DNA of 64,000 bases, from positions 1-64,000 of IMG/VR virus record IMGVR_UViG_3300048930_001424. One strand, written 5' to 3'. Below, piece after piece: positions 46,915 through 56,819 of this stretch. The notes under the pieces are model-generated. The model was given only the letters and a program-made list of their open reading frames with translations, ran no database searches and had not been told where the DNA came from. A program made the position numbers and the translations under genes. Positions within the stretch are counted from its first letter, which is position 1. Each line of letters begins with the position of its first letter. This stretch comes from a virus.

Positions 46915-48810
46915 TCAGCGCACGGCCTGCTCGCCGGCGAGGATGCGATCGAGCCAGGCAACGTCCCAGATGCGGTCGGCGATCCGGCGGTAGAGCGCCT
47001 GCCGTTCGTCGAGGTCCGCCTTCTTGAACTGACCATGCGCCCGGAACGGAAGTTCCTGATCCCGGACAAAGCGGACGAATCCGGGGTTGTGCTCGTAGGC
47101 GCGAGGGTGCAGCGACTTGGCCAGCGCGTTTTGTCCGAAGTAGTGCTCCAGCTTGTCGGCATAGGGCCGATCCCCGTAGGAGGCGTTGAACGACTTGGGG
47201 AGCAGCAGGAGGCCGCCAAACCGGTTGCGGTAGTCTTCGAAGTCGGTCTTGTGCTGAAACTCGTCGCGGAAATCCTCCGGGTGGTTCGGCCAGATGTGCT
47301 CGACCTCGAATCCCTTCTTCCCCCGAAGCGTGATGTACTCCGCGTAGCGAGACTGGCCGCCGCCGCTCACATCGATGTAGTCCGCCATGCGAGCCAGTAG
47401 ACGCTTGATCGGCTTGTGGCTCCACTGGTTCAGATAAAACCCATCGAACCCCGTGAGCCTCTCGGTTTGCTCTTCGAGCCGCTTGCGCAACGCCGCGGCG
47501 ATCTCCTTCGGGCTGCCGCCCCGGATGTCGCGCACGACGGTGAAGACGTTGTACTGCAGCGAGTTGTAGTCGCAGTTGCGGAAGTTGCACAGTCGGCGCG
47601 ACAGATAGATGTCTGCGTACTTGGCGACGAGCCGCATCTTCAGCCGGATCACGTCGTCGGAATCGCTCCGTGACAGGGCAGCCAGCAACAGCGTCGGCTG
47701 GTGGGTGAACTGGTGCGTGGCGTTGTGGTAGACGTTCTCCAGCCCAGGCGTTGGCTGCATTTCCGCTCGGCGGATGACCATGTACCACTTCGCGTAGAAG
47801 GCCATCTCCGCCGTAATGAAATCCCGGTACGCGGGCGAATGCGGCTGGCTGTTCTTCGCCAGGCCAACACGATCTGCCTGCTCTCGCACCCAGCGGTGGA
47901 ACTCCGTGCCGATCCGGTCCCACGCCTCGGGCCGAGCATCCTTCTTGCGGATGCGGATGTTGTCGGCGTACTGGCTGCGGAGCCACGCCTTGAAGAAGTC
48001 GGAGTCGTACTCCTGGTTGTCGGGCGCCAGCGCCCTCATCTCGGCCAGCATCCTCTTCCACTCGGCGCTCGCAGCGTCGCGGGAACGGGTATCCGCGATG
48101 TTCGCCAGCAGGTACCCCTTGAGCATGTCCGTCGGCGACAGTGATAGGCCGCGGTCATTCATGGTCTCGAAGATCGTGTAGGCGACATCATCGGAGTAGG
48201 CGGTGATCTCGACCAGGTGAACGTTCTTGGTGAGCCAATCCACGAAATAAGGGAGGGCGGCATCATCGATCTCGTCGGGCCAGAGCTCCTCAATCTCGTT
48301 GTACCGGGCCACGATGTTTCTCGACGACTCGGGCAGGTCCTCGTCGTCGATGTCGGTCCCGTCGAATAGCGCCTGCATGATGGCCCGCCGCTCCGGCACA
48401 TCGACGTTGAACGACTTCTCGCCGTACTCCTCTGAGTAGATCATCTCCCCGACGCTGTTCTGTTGTTTCGCGGCCTGCTGCCGCTTCATCAAGAACAGCA
48501 GGACCAGCGTGAGCGTCGTCAATCGCTGCTGGCCGTCGATGATGTAGTCGCGGCCGTCCTTCTGGCTCACGATGATCGAGCCCAGGAAGTACCGGTCATA
48601 GCCGGCGACGGCGCGACGCTCGTGCCCGGGCTCGTAGCTCCGGAAAAACACGTCGGTCAGGTCGCTGATCAACTCCTCCAGCTGCTTGGTCTGCCACTTG
48701 TACTCGCGCTGGTAGTAGTCGATGTAGAACTTCCGGCCGAACAGGATCTCGCGGAGCGTCTTGCCCTTGCCGTCGATGTTCTTCCGCTGGATGGATTGGT
48801 CGTTGCTCAT
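46915..48810 (-). CDS. gmrSD: GmrSD-family type IV restriction endonuclease (DUF262 + DUF1524)
   Basis: YQREYKW, IIDGQQRLTT, IFETMNDRG, VEHIWP...GGLLLL..SFN. Confidence 0.9.
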   Translation of the reverse strand: MSNDQSIQRKNIDGKGKTLREILFGRKFYIDYYQREYKWQTKQLEELISDLTDVFFRSYEPGHERRAVAGYDRYFLGSIIVSQKDGRDYIIDGQQRLTTLTLVLLFLMKRQQAAKQQNSVGEMIYSEEYGEKSFNVDVPERRAIMQALFDGTDIDDEDLPESSRNIVARYNEIEELWPDEIDDAALPYFVDWLTKNVHLVEITAYSDDVAYTIFETMNDRGLSLSPTDMLKGYLLANIADTRSRDAASAEWKRMLAEMRALAPDNQEYDSDFFKAWLRSQYADNIRIRKKDARPEAWDRIGTEFHRWVREQADRVGLAKNSQPHSPAYRDFITAEMAFYAKWYMVIRRAEMQPTPGLENVYHNATHQFTHQPTLLLAALSRSDSDDVIRLKMRLVAKYADIYLSRRLCNFRNCDYNSLQYNVFTVVRDIRGGSPKEIAAALRKRLEEQTERLTGFDGFYLNQWSHKPIKRLLARMADYIDVSGGGQSRYAEYITLRGKKGFEVEHIWPNHPEDFRDEFQHKTDFEDYRNRFGGLLLLPKSFNASYGDRPYADKLEHYFGQNALAKSLHPRAYEHNPGFVRFVRDQELPFRAHGQFKKADLDERQALYRRIADRIWDVAWLDRILAGEQAVR

Positions 48811-48955
48811 CAGGTATCCCAGACAGATGGCGGACAGGGGCCAGGGAGCCGCAGGCGTCCATCGAAGTCGGATGGTACAGGACCCCGCCCTCCTGGGCAG
48901 GAAGGGCCATCAGCCCGTACCATGTCGATTCCCGCATAGCCAGCAACCCTTCCCA

Positions 48956-51337
48956 ATGCCGAACGAAGCCGACACATGCCGCAAGTTCGTCGTCCCCAAG
49001 CTCCAAGCGGCTGGGTGGGACACGGAACCGCACAGGCTGAATGAACAGGTCACGTTCACCGACGGGCGCATCATCGTCGCTGGCCGTCGCGGACGTCGGC
49101 GGCCGGGCAAGCGAGCCGATTACCTCCTCCGGTATCGCACCGACGTATCGATCGGAGTGGTCGAGGCAAAGGCGAGCTATGCCACGCCGGGGCATGGTTT
49201 GCAGCAGGCCAAGGAGTATGCCGAGATTCTCGGCCTGAAGTTTGCTTTCGCCACCAACGGGCACGGCATCCTCGAGTTCGACTTCATCACCGGTCTCGAG
49301 CGCGAGATCGAGACGTTTCCTACGCCGGATGAGCTTTGGCAGCGGCTGACCGCGGGGGAGCAGCTCACACCGGAAGCCGCTGCTCGAATTCTGGCCCCGG
49401 CGAACCGTGTCAGCGGCCGTGTGCCCCGGTACTACCAGGAGATCGCCATCAACCGGGCGATCCAAGGCGCAGTGCAGGGACGAGACAGGTTGTTGCTGAC
49501 AATGGCGACCGGCACCGGCAAGACGGTTGTCGCCTTTCAGATCTGCTGGAAGCTTTGGTCATCGCGATGGAACCGGACGGGCGACTATCGCCGTCCGAGG
49601 ATGCTGTTCCTGGCGGATCGCAGCGTGCTGGTCGACGATCCCATGGGCAAGGACTTTGCCCCGTTCGGCGATGCACGGTGGAAGATCGAGAACGGCGAGG
49701 CGAGCCAAGGGCGAGAGATGTACTTCGCACTCTACCAGGCGATTGCCGAGGACGAGCGGCGTATCGGGCTCTACAAGTCCTACCCGCCCGACTTCTTCGA
49801 CCTCATCGTGGTCGACGAGTGCCATCGTGGCAGCGCCGACGCCAACGGCAGTTGGCGGGAAATCTTGGAGCACTTCAGCGGCGCCTGCCAGATCGGAATG
49901 ACCGCGACGCCCCGTCGCGATGATAATGCTGACACATATGACTACTTCGGCGATCCTATCTATACATACAGCCTCCGACAGGGCATCGAGGACGGCTTCC
50001 TCGCGCCCTACCGCGTCCACCGCGTTGTGACCACATGGGACGCGGCGGGCTGGCGTCCGTCCCAGGGCGAACTGGATCGCTTCGGACGCGAGGTCCCCGA
50101 CGAGGAATACCACACGAACGACTTCGAGCGCCGCGTAGCGCTCCGCGCCCGCACGGAGGCCGTCGCCAAGCACTTGACCGAGTACCTCAAGAAGACCAAT
50201 CGCTACGCCAAGACCATCGTGTTCTGCGTGGATCAGAACCATGCCGATGAGATGCGCCGTGCGCTGAACAACGCCAATGCGGACCTCGTGCAGCAGCACC
50301 CCGACTATGTGTGCCGTGTCACCTCAGATGAGGGAGACACCGGGCGCACGCACCTGAGCAAGTTCCAGGATGTCGAGCGACCAACGCCCGTGATCCTGAC
50401 GACCTCCCAGATGCTCACGACGGGGGTTGATGCGCCAACCGTGCAGAACGTCGTGCTCGTGCGCGTGATCAACTCGATGACCGAGTTCAAACAGATCATC
50501 GGTCGCGGGACGCGCGTGCGCGACGATCACGACAAGCTGTTCTTCAGCATCATGGACTACACGGGCTCTGCGACGCGGCTGTTTGCGGACCCGGACTTCG
50601 ACGGCGGCCCGGTGGTCGAGATCGAGCAGTCCATCAACCAGGAAGGCGAGCCCACCGATGAGGAGGTAGTCGTTACACCCGAGGAGCCCCCGCCGGACGA
50701 CACGATCGTGGACGTGTTCCCACCCGACGTAGACATCGACGACGACGAGGATGACGGACCGAAGCGTGAGCGGTACTTTGTCGACGGCGGGCACGTCGAG
50801 ATTGCTGCCCACCTCGTTTACGAGCTCGATCCCGACGGCAACCAGCTTCGGGTCGTCCAGTTCACCGACTACACCGCAGACAAGGTTCGAACCCTGTTCC
50901 GCTCCGCTGGTGAGCTGCGGGCCGAGTGGGCCGACCCCGACAAGCGTCGCGAGGTGATCGACAAACTCGAAGACCGTGGCATCCGCTTCGAGGACCTGGC
51001 GGAGTTCGCCAACCAGCCCGACGCGGACCCGCTGGACCTGCTGTGCTACCTCGCGTTCAACGCTCCGCTGCGCACTCGCCGCGAGCGCGCACGTCGACTG
51101 CGGTCGGAGAAGAAGGACTTTTTCGAGCAATACGCCCCCGAGGCGAGGGCGATCCTCGACGAACTGCTCGACAAGTACACCGATCATGGACTCGCTGAGT
51201 TCTCGCTGCCCGAAGTGCTCAAGCTCCCGCCGATCAACGCGCACGGAAACACACTTCAGATCGCCCGCCTGTTCGGAGGCGAAGATCGGCTCATGGACGC
51301 CGTCCGTGAGTTGCAGTCCCTTCTCTATGCCGCGTAG
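48956..51337 (+). CDS. hsdR: type I restriction enzyme R subunit (EcoAI-like)
   Basis: NEADTC, VVEAK, RYYQEIAI, MATGTGKT, DECHRG, GMTATP, FKQIIGRGTR. Confidence 0.92.
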   Translation: MPNEADTCRKFVVPKLQAAGWDTEPHRLNEQVTFTDGRIIVAGRRGRRRPGKRADYLLRYRTDVSIGVVEAKASYATPGHGLQQAKEYAEILGLKFAFATNGHGILEFDFITGLEREIETFPTPDELWQRLTAGEQLTPEAAARILAPANRVSGRVPRYYQEIAINRAIQGAVQGRDRLLLTMATGTGKTVVAFQICWKLWSSRWNRTGDYRRPRMLFLADRSVLVDDPMGKDFAPFGDARWKIENGEASQGREMYFALYQAIAEDERRIGLYKSYPPDFFDLIVVDECHRGSADANGSWREILEHFSGACQIGMTATPRRDDNADTYDYFGDPIYTYSLRQGIEDGFLAPYRVHRVVTTWDAAGWRPSQGELDRFGREVPDEEYHTNDFERRVALRARTEAVAKHLTEYLKKTNRYAKTIVFCVDQNHADEMRRALNNANADLVQQHPDYVCRVTSDEGDTGRTHLSKFQDVERPTPVILTTSQMLTTGVDAPTVQNVVLVRVINSMTEFKQIIGRGTRVRDDHDKLFFSIMDYTGSATRLFADPDFDGGPVVEIEQSINQEGEPTDEEVVVTPEEPPPDDTIVDVFPPDVDIDDDEDDGPKRERYFVDGGHVEIAAHLVYELDPDGNQLRVVQFTDYTADKVRTLFRSAGELRAEWADPDKRREVIDKLEDRGIRFEDLAEFANQPDADPLDLLCYLAFNAPLRTRRERARRLRSEKKDFFEQYAPEARAILDELLDKYTDHGLAEFSLPEVLKLPPINAHGNTLQIARLFGGEDRLMDAVRELQSLLYAA

Positions 51338-51411
51338 TCGCCCTACAACCCGCCCCTGTCCCTCGTCTCCACCCCCGCTCCCCTGACCTCACAGATGAAC
51401 TGAACCCCGCG

Positions 51412-53343
51412 ATGGCAAAGAAGACTCGAAAGCCCGAATCAGCAACTCACGCCAGCGCGAACGATTCGTCCGCGACGAAACGCGGCCGCAAGCCGAAGAC
51501 CCCGAAGACGCCGCCGACGACAGCCGAGCGATTGGGCAGTGTCGTGAAGTCCTGCCGCAAGATCATGCGGAAAGACAAGGGCCTCAACGGTGACCTCGAT
51601 CGGTTGCCGATGCTCACCTGGATCATGTTCCTGAAGTTCCTCGACGACATGGAGCAGATCGAGGAATCCGACGCCAAGATGAAGAAGGCCCGGTACCACT
51701 CGGCGATCGAATCGCCATATCGCTGGCGGGATTGGGCGGCGAAGGAGAACGGGATCACCGGCCCTGAGCTGCTGTCGTTCATCACACAGGAGAAGACCAG
51801 GCGGCCCGACGGCACGGAGGGACCCGGACTACTCAAGTACCTTGGCACGCTCCAGAACGGCAAGGGCAGCCGTCGGCAGGTCATCGGCACGGTGTTCGGT
51901 GGCGCGGACGGCACCGGTGGCGGCATCACCAGCCGGATGCAGTCTGGCTACCTCCTCCGTGACGTGATCAACGCTGTCAACTCGATCAACTTCCTCCAGC
52001 AGGATGAACTCTTCACGCTCGGCTTCCTCTACGAATCCATGTTGCGAGAGATGCGGGACGCCGCCGGCGACTCTGGCGAGTTCTACACGCCGCGCCCAGT
52101 GGTTCGTTTCATGGTCGAAGCGGTGGACCCTCGCCTCGGTGAAGTGGTGCTCGACCCCGCGTGCGGCACCGGCGGCTTTCTTGTTGAGGCGTTCAGCCAC
52201 CTCCAGAAGCAGGCCAAGAGCGTTCAGCAGCGTGAGACCCTCCAGTCCACGTCGATCCGAGGCGGCGAGCCCAAGTCGCTGCCGTACCTGCTCTGCCAGA
52301 TGAACTTGTTGCTGCATGGCGTCGAGCGCCCGCAGATCGACCCCGCCAACTCGCTGGACGTGAAAGTCACGGAGCTGGGCGACAAGGACCGCGTCGATGC
52401 CATCCTCACCAATCCGCCATTCGGCGGTGAGGAAGAACGCGGCATTCTCTCGAACTTCCCGGCGGACATGCAGACGACCGAAACGGCGATGCTGTTCCTG
52501 CAGCTCATCATGCGGAAGTTGCGGCGAGCGCCCAAGCCTGGGCGGGCGGCGGTCATCGTTCCCAACGGCACGCTCTTTGGCGACGGCGTGTGCGCGAAGA
52601 TCAAGGAAGACCTGATCCTCAACTACAACCTGCACACGGTGGTACGCCTGCCGCAGGGTGTGTTTGAGCCATACACGCCTATCCCCACCAATGTTCTCTT
52701 CTTCGAAGCGGGCGAGCCAACACGGACGATCTGGTACTACGAGCTCGCGCTGCCCGAGGGCCGCAAGAAGTACACCAAGACGCAGCCCATGCAGTTCGAG
52801 GAATTCGCGGCCTGTCTGAAGTGGTTCAAGCAGGCGCGGCGGACGGAATCGACCACAGCAGAGAACGGCAAGGGCTGGGCGTGGAAGGTGGACATGGCGG
52901 CGAAGGTGGCGGAGGCGAAGAAGAAGGCCGCTCCGCACTGGAAGGAAGCCGACGCTGCCCGCGAGCGCGCGAGCCTGTGCGAGAAACAGGCCCGCGAGGC
53001 GGCGGCCGACGCCGTCGCGCTGCGAAAGACCGGAGGAGCATCCTCCGCGATCGATGCGTTGTGGGATCGGGAGAAGGCGCTGAAGGACAAGGCCAAGGCC
53101 GAACTCGTGACGGCGAAGACAGAGCAGGAGGCGGGCGACGCGATCTATTGGCCGATCTTCAACCTGGACATCAAGAACCCGTTCAGCGCGGAGGCGCTGG
53201 AGCACCTGCCGCCGGAGACGCTGGCCGACAGCATCGCGCAGAAGTCCATGCGAATCTCCGCGATCATGGATGAAGTGAAGGGGATTCTCGGTATCTCGTC
53301 CGATACTGCTGCTGGCCTCGCGACGGCGGGGGCGGGTACATGA
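51412..53343 (+). CDS. hsdM: type I RM methyltransferase subunit
   Basis: GEFYTPRPV, DPACGTGGFL, TNPPFGG. Confidence 0.93.
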   Translation: MAKKTRKPESATHASANDSSATKRGRKPKTPKTPPTTAERLGSVVKSCRKIMRKDKGLNGDLDRLPMLTWIMFLKFLDDMEQIEESDAKMKKARYHSAIESPYRWRDWAAKENGITGPELLSFITQEKTRRPDGTEGPGLLKYLGTLQNGKGSRRQVIGTVFGGADGTGGGITSRMQSGYLLRDVINAVNSINFLQQDELFTLGFLYESMLREMRDAAGDSGEFYTPRPVVRFMVEAVDPRLGEVVLDPACGTGGFLVEAFSHLQKQAKSVQQRETLQSTSIRGGEPKSLPYLLCQMNLLLHGVERPQIDPANSLDVKVTELGDKDRVDAILTNPPFGGEEERGILSNFPADMQTTETAMLFLQLIMRKLRRAPKPGRAAVIVPNGTLFGDGVCAKIKEDLILNYNLHTVVRLPQGVFEPYTPIPTNVLFFEAGEPTRTIWYYELALPEGRKKYTKTQPMQFEEFAACLKWFKQARRTESTTAENGKGWAWKVDMAAKVAEAKKKAAPHWKEADAARERASLCEKQAREAAADAVALRKTGGASSAIDALWDREKALKDKAKAELVTAKTEQEAGDAIYWPIFNLDIKNPFSAEALEHLPPETLADSIAQKSMRISAIMDEVKGILGISSDTAAGLATAGAGT

Positions 53344-55355
53344 GTGACGCTGGGCCACAGACGCCGCTTGGCGAGTGCATTCGGCATCGCTCGGAGATCA
53401 TCCGGCTCGATGATCGAGAGACCTACCTGCGCTGCCGTGTTCAGTTGAACGGCCGTGGCGTCGTTCTCCGCGATCGCGTCCTGGGGGTGGATGTCAAGAC
53501 GAAGGAGCAACAGGTCTGTCGTGCTGGCGAGTTGCTGGTAGCCGAGATCGACGCGAAGATGGGCGGCGTCGGGATCGTGCCCGACGACTTGGCAGGCGCG
53601 ATCGTGAGCAGCCACTACTTTCTGTTTCAAATAGATGAGTCGAAGTTGCGGCGCAAGTTTCTGGACTACTACCTGCGCACTCCAGACTTCCAGACGCAGG
53701 TGAAGGCACGCGGTTCGACCAACTACTCGGCGATCAGACCATACCACGTCCTCGCGTACACGATACCGCTGCCGTTGCCCGACGAGCAGGACCGCATCGT
53801 GGCGACGTTAGATGCCGCCGCGGCGCGAGTCACGGAAGCGCAGCGATTGTGCCGCGAGATCGACGAGGAGGCGGATGCGCTTTGCCGGTCAATCCTCTCA
53901 GATCCTCGGCACCCCACCGCGCCTACCCCGATGCGTGAGCTTGTGACCCTGCGCCCGCCTGATGTCGATGTCAAAGCCGCAGAGTCGTACCACTTCGCGG
54001 GAATCTACTGTTTCGGCAAGGGCATGTTCCGCGGGCAGACGCGGCTCGGCGCGGAGTTCTCATACGACACGCTCTCGCGCGTCCGCGCCGGCGAATTCAC
54101 CTATCCGAAGTTGATGGCGTGGGAGGGTGCTCTGTGCGTTGTCCCGCCCGAGTGCGATGGCCTCTATGTCTCCACCGAGTACCCGGTGTTCGAGATCAAC
54201 ACAGACCGCGTGCTGCCTGATGTGCTCGACGTGTACTTCCGCTCGCCCGAAGTCTGGCCGAAGTTGTCCGGCACGAGCAAGGGCACCAATGTCCGCCGTC
54301 GCCGCTTGAATCCACAGCAGTTCCTGAGCTACATCATGCCGCTGCCCAAGCGGGAAGTTCAGGGGCGCGTCGCAGCGGTTCGCGCGAAGCTCGCGGGTAT
54401 CAAGGCGCAACACGCAGGGCTCGTGACCGAACTCGAGGCCCTCATGCCCGCGATCCTCGACCGCGCCTTCAAGGGAGAGTTGGCGGGGATGGCGGCGGCC
54501 ACTCAATCTGGACGTGTCTTCGCGGCTGCCGACCCTTCGGCGACGATCATCAAAGGGTCTACGGTCGCCGTCGAGGGTTCGGCAAGGGTTGTCGAGCCTT
54601 CCTTTGTTCCCGTCGAAGGGTCGAACACGAGCATCGAAGGGTCATCGGCAACGGTCGAAGGTTCTTCAACGGGTGGGCACGCGACGAGAACGGCAGACTC
54701 TGCGCGTTCCGTGGTGTCCATCACCGTGCAGACCTGGAACATCCCGGAGCTCGCCGCGATCCAGGCCGAGTTGGTCCGCCGCAACGGCGGCAGCGCCACG
54801 CTGGGCCGCAAGAAGATCTCCAAAGGGGCCTATCTCGCCGCCGCCTTGCTTGGCGCGAGACAGAATCCGCCGCCGCTTCGCAAAGCGGCCGGACCGTTCA
54901 ACACCCAGGGGCAGAACGAGGTCGAGGCATATGCCACGCAGGCGGGCTGGTTCCGCGACTTCGCGCCGCCATCCGGGCAGCGATCGTCATCACGCTATCG
55001 CGCGGGCGACCGCATCGCAGAAGCCGCAGCGAAGGCGAAGGGGCTGGTCGCGGCCCGGGCCGCGGAGTTCGAACGGTTCATCGGCGTCTTCGTCAAATGG
55101 GACTCAGACACAGCGGAACTGCACGCGACGGCGCACGCCGCGTGGAACGGCCTGATCGCGGCGGGCAAGCCGGTGAGCGAGACTGCCATCATCGAGACGT
55201 TCTTTGAGTGGAGCGAGGAGAAGGCCAAGTTCAAAACGACGCAGATCCGCTCTGCACTGGCGACGCTGCGCTCCCTCGGCTTGGAACCGAACGGTGGCGG
55301 GCCCGTGGTGTCGGGGGTAGGCGAGTCGAACCTGTTCAGCGGTGCGAGTCGATGA
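53340..55355 (+). CDS. hsdS: type I RM specificity subunit with C-terminal extension
   Basis: Two TRDs with IPLPLPDEQDRIV and AILDRAFKGEL conserved regions, followed by about 290 extra aa. Confidence 0.8.
   Translation: MSDAGPQTPLGECIRHRSEIIRLDDRETYLRCRVQLNGRGVVLRDRVLGVDVKTKEQQVCRAGELLVAEIDAKMGGVGIVPDDLAGAIVSSHYFLFQIDESKLRRKFLDYYLRTPDFQTQVKARGSTNYSAIRPYHVLAYTIPLPLPDEQDRIVATLDAAAARVTEAQRLCREIDEEADALCRSILSDPRHPTAPTPMRELVTLRPPDVDVKAAESYHFAGIYCFGKGMFRGQTRLGAEFSYDTLSRVRAGEFTYPKLMAWEGALCVVPPECDGLYVSTEYPVFEINTDRVLPDVLDVYFRSPEVWPKLSGTSKGTNVRRRRLNPQQFLSYIMPLPKREVQGRVAAVRAKLAGIKAQHAGLVTELEALMPAILDRAFKGELAGMAAATQSGRVFAAADPSATIIKGSTVAVEGSARVVEPSFVPVEGSNTSIEGSSATVEGSSTGGHATRTADSARSVVSITVQTWNIPELAAIQAELVRRNGGSATLGRKKISKGAYLAAALLGARQNPPPLRKAAGPFNTQGQNEVEAYATQAGWFRDFAPPSGQRSSSRYRAGDRIAEAAAKAKGLVAARAAEFERFIGVFVKWDSDTAELHATAHAAWNGLIAAGKPVSETAIIETFFEWSEEKAKFKTTQIRSALATLRSLGLEPNGGGPVVSGVGESNLFSGASR
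54549..54674 (+). repeat. six 21-nt (7-aa) degenerate repeats (V/I)EGSxxx in HsdS linker
   Basis: IKGSTVA VEGSARV VEPSFVP VEGSNTS IEGSSAT VEGSSTG. Confidence 0.7.
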
Positions 55356-55358
55356 ATC

Positions 55359-56819
55359 ATGCGCTTCTACGTCGTTCCATATCGCCACACGCTCCCGCCC
55401 AACGCCAAGTTCCCGTGCGTTCAGCTCACGCGTGACAGTTGGAACGACTTCGGGTACGTCACGCTCTTCACGATGGCGTATCACGCCACCAAGAAGAAAC
55501 AGGTGGAGGTTGGCTCGGTTAAGATCCTTCGTCGCGGCGAATCAGCGCCCAAGCTGGACAGCCCGTTCAACGAGGTAGCCGAAGACTGTTGCTCGCTCGG
55601 GCAGAGTCTGGAGTACTACAAGACGTTGAGCACGATCCCGCAGGACCGGAGAACGGCGATTCTCCGTGGACTACGCGACGTCGTGCATGATCCCACGCTG
55701 GTGCCGCTATTCGAGTCCGAGGAGGGGTGGAAGAAATCCGTGCTGCGATTCAGTGAAGCGGAGCTGGCACTGAAGGAGGGACGCGCTGCCCTAGACGCCA
55801 ACGAGGTGCAGGAGCAGCCCATCTTGTTCACGTTCCAGGCCGTGCTCAAGGGAGCCAGTGCGCCTTTCGTGACCAACTTTCGCTTCAGCGACACCCCGAC
55901 CGTCCCGAGCCGGATCATGGCCCTCGTCGGGAAGAACGGCGCTGGCAAGACCTGGTTCCTGTCGCGATTGGCGGCAGCCGTGAGTGGCGATGACCCAAAG
56001 GGCAGCAGCTTTGGCAGCGGAGACCAGCAGGAAGGGGAGGTCGACGCCGGACGCCCTCGGTTCAGCCGGGCGATAGCCGTCTCCTACAGCGCGCTGGACC
56101 GGTTCCGACGTCCTGGCAAGGAACGCACCTTCAGCTACCGCTACTGCGGGATCTACGACGACACCGGCCGCATCGCCCCGCGCGCACAGATGTTCCGCAA
56201 AATGCGGTCAGCCTTTGAGACTGTAAAGAAGTTGGAGCACGAAGACATTTGGAGCGAAGTGCTCGCCGACGTGCTCGACGATGGCGCGTTCACGCTCGTC
56301 ACCGACTACCTCAAGGCCGGCGGGGACGATCCCAAGCCCAAGGCCCCGGCACTGAGTTCTGGCCAGCTTGTGCTCGCCTCAACACTGACGGGTGTGATCG
56401 CTGTCATCGAGCCTGCATCCCTGTTGTTGTACGACGAGCCGGAACTTCACCTTCACCCCAATGCGATCGCGGGGCTGATGAGGGCGATCGAACGGCTGCT
56501 CTCGCACTTCCGGTCATATGCCGTGATCGCCACGCACTCGCCGATGATCCTGCAGCAGGTGCCGGCACGGTACGTTCGCGTCTTCACGCGGCTGGATCGG
56601 ATGACGAACATCGAGCCACTCGGGATTGAGTCATTCGGCCAGAACCTGACCGTGCTGACCGAGCAGATCTTCAAAGCCGGCGACACGCCGAGCCGCTTTC
56701 GCGATTGGTCACAGCGGGTCGCCCCAGGACGACCGCTGGAAGAGATTCAGGCGGGCTTCGAGTACCCGCTCAGCTTCGAGGCGAAGATGTTCTTGCGTGC
56801 TGATCGAGGGGACGTCTGA
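55359..56819 (+). CDS. ABC/AAA_21 ATPase (Septu PtuA-like)
   Basis: GKNGAGKT, LSSGQ, LLYDEPELHLHP, IATHSP. Confidence 0.8.
   Translation: MRFYVVPYRHTLPPNAKFPCVQLTRDSWNDFGYVTLFTMAYHATKKKQVEVGSVKILRRGESAPKLDSPFNEVAEDCCSLGQSLEYYKTLSTIPQDRRTAILRGLRDVVHDPTLVPLFESEEGWKKSVLRFSEAELALKEGRAALDANEVQEQPILFTFQAVLKGASAPFVTNFRFSDTPTVPSRIMALVGKNGAGKTWFLSRLAAAVSGDDPKGSSFGSGDQQEGEVDAGRPRFSRAIAVSYSALDRFRRPGKERTFSYRYCGIYDDTGRIAPRAQMFRKMRSAFETVKKLEHEDIWSEVLADVLDDGAFTLVTDYLKAGGDDPKPKAPALSSGQLVLASTLTGVIAVIEPASLLLYDEPELHLHPNAIAGLMRAIERLLSHFRSYAVIATHSPMILQQVPARYVRVFTRLDRMTNIEPLGIESFGQNLTVLTEQIFKAGDTPSRFRDWSQRVAPGRPLEEIQAGFEYPLSFEAKMFLRADRGDV

Noticed and set aside
51829-53358. 509-aa minus-strand ORF, and similar long antisense ORFs such as 24865-26211 and 19436-20767
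   Set aside because: Shadows of hsdM, the tape measure gene and the capsid gene, typical of high-GC DNA
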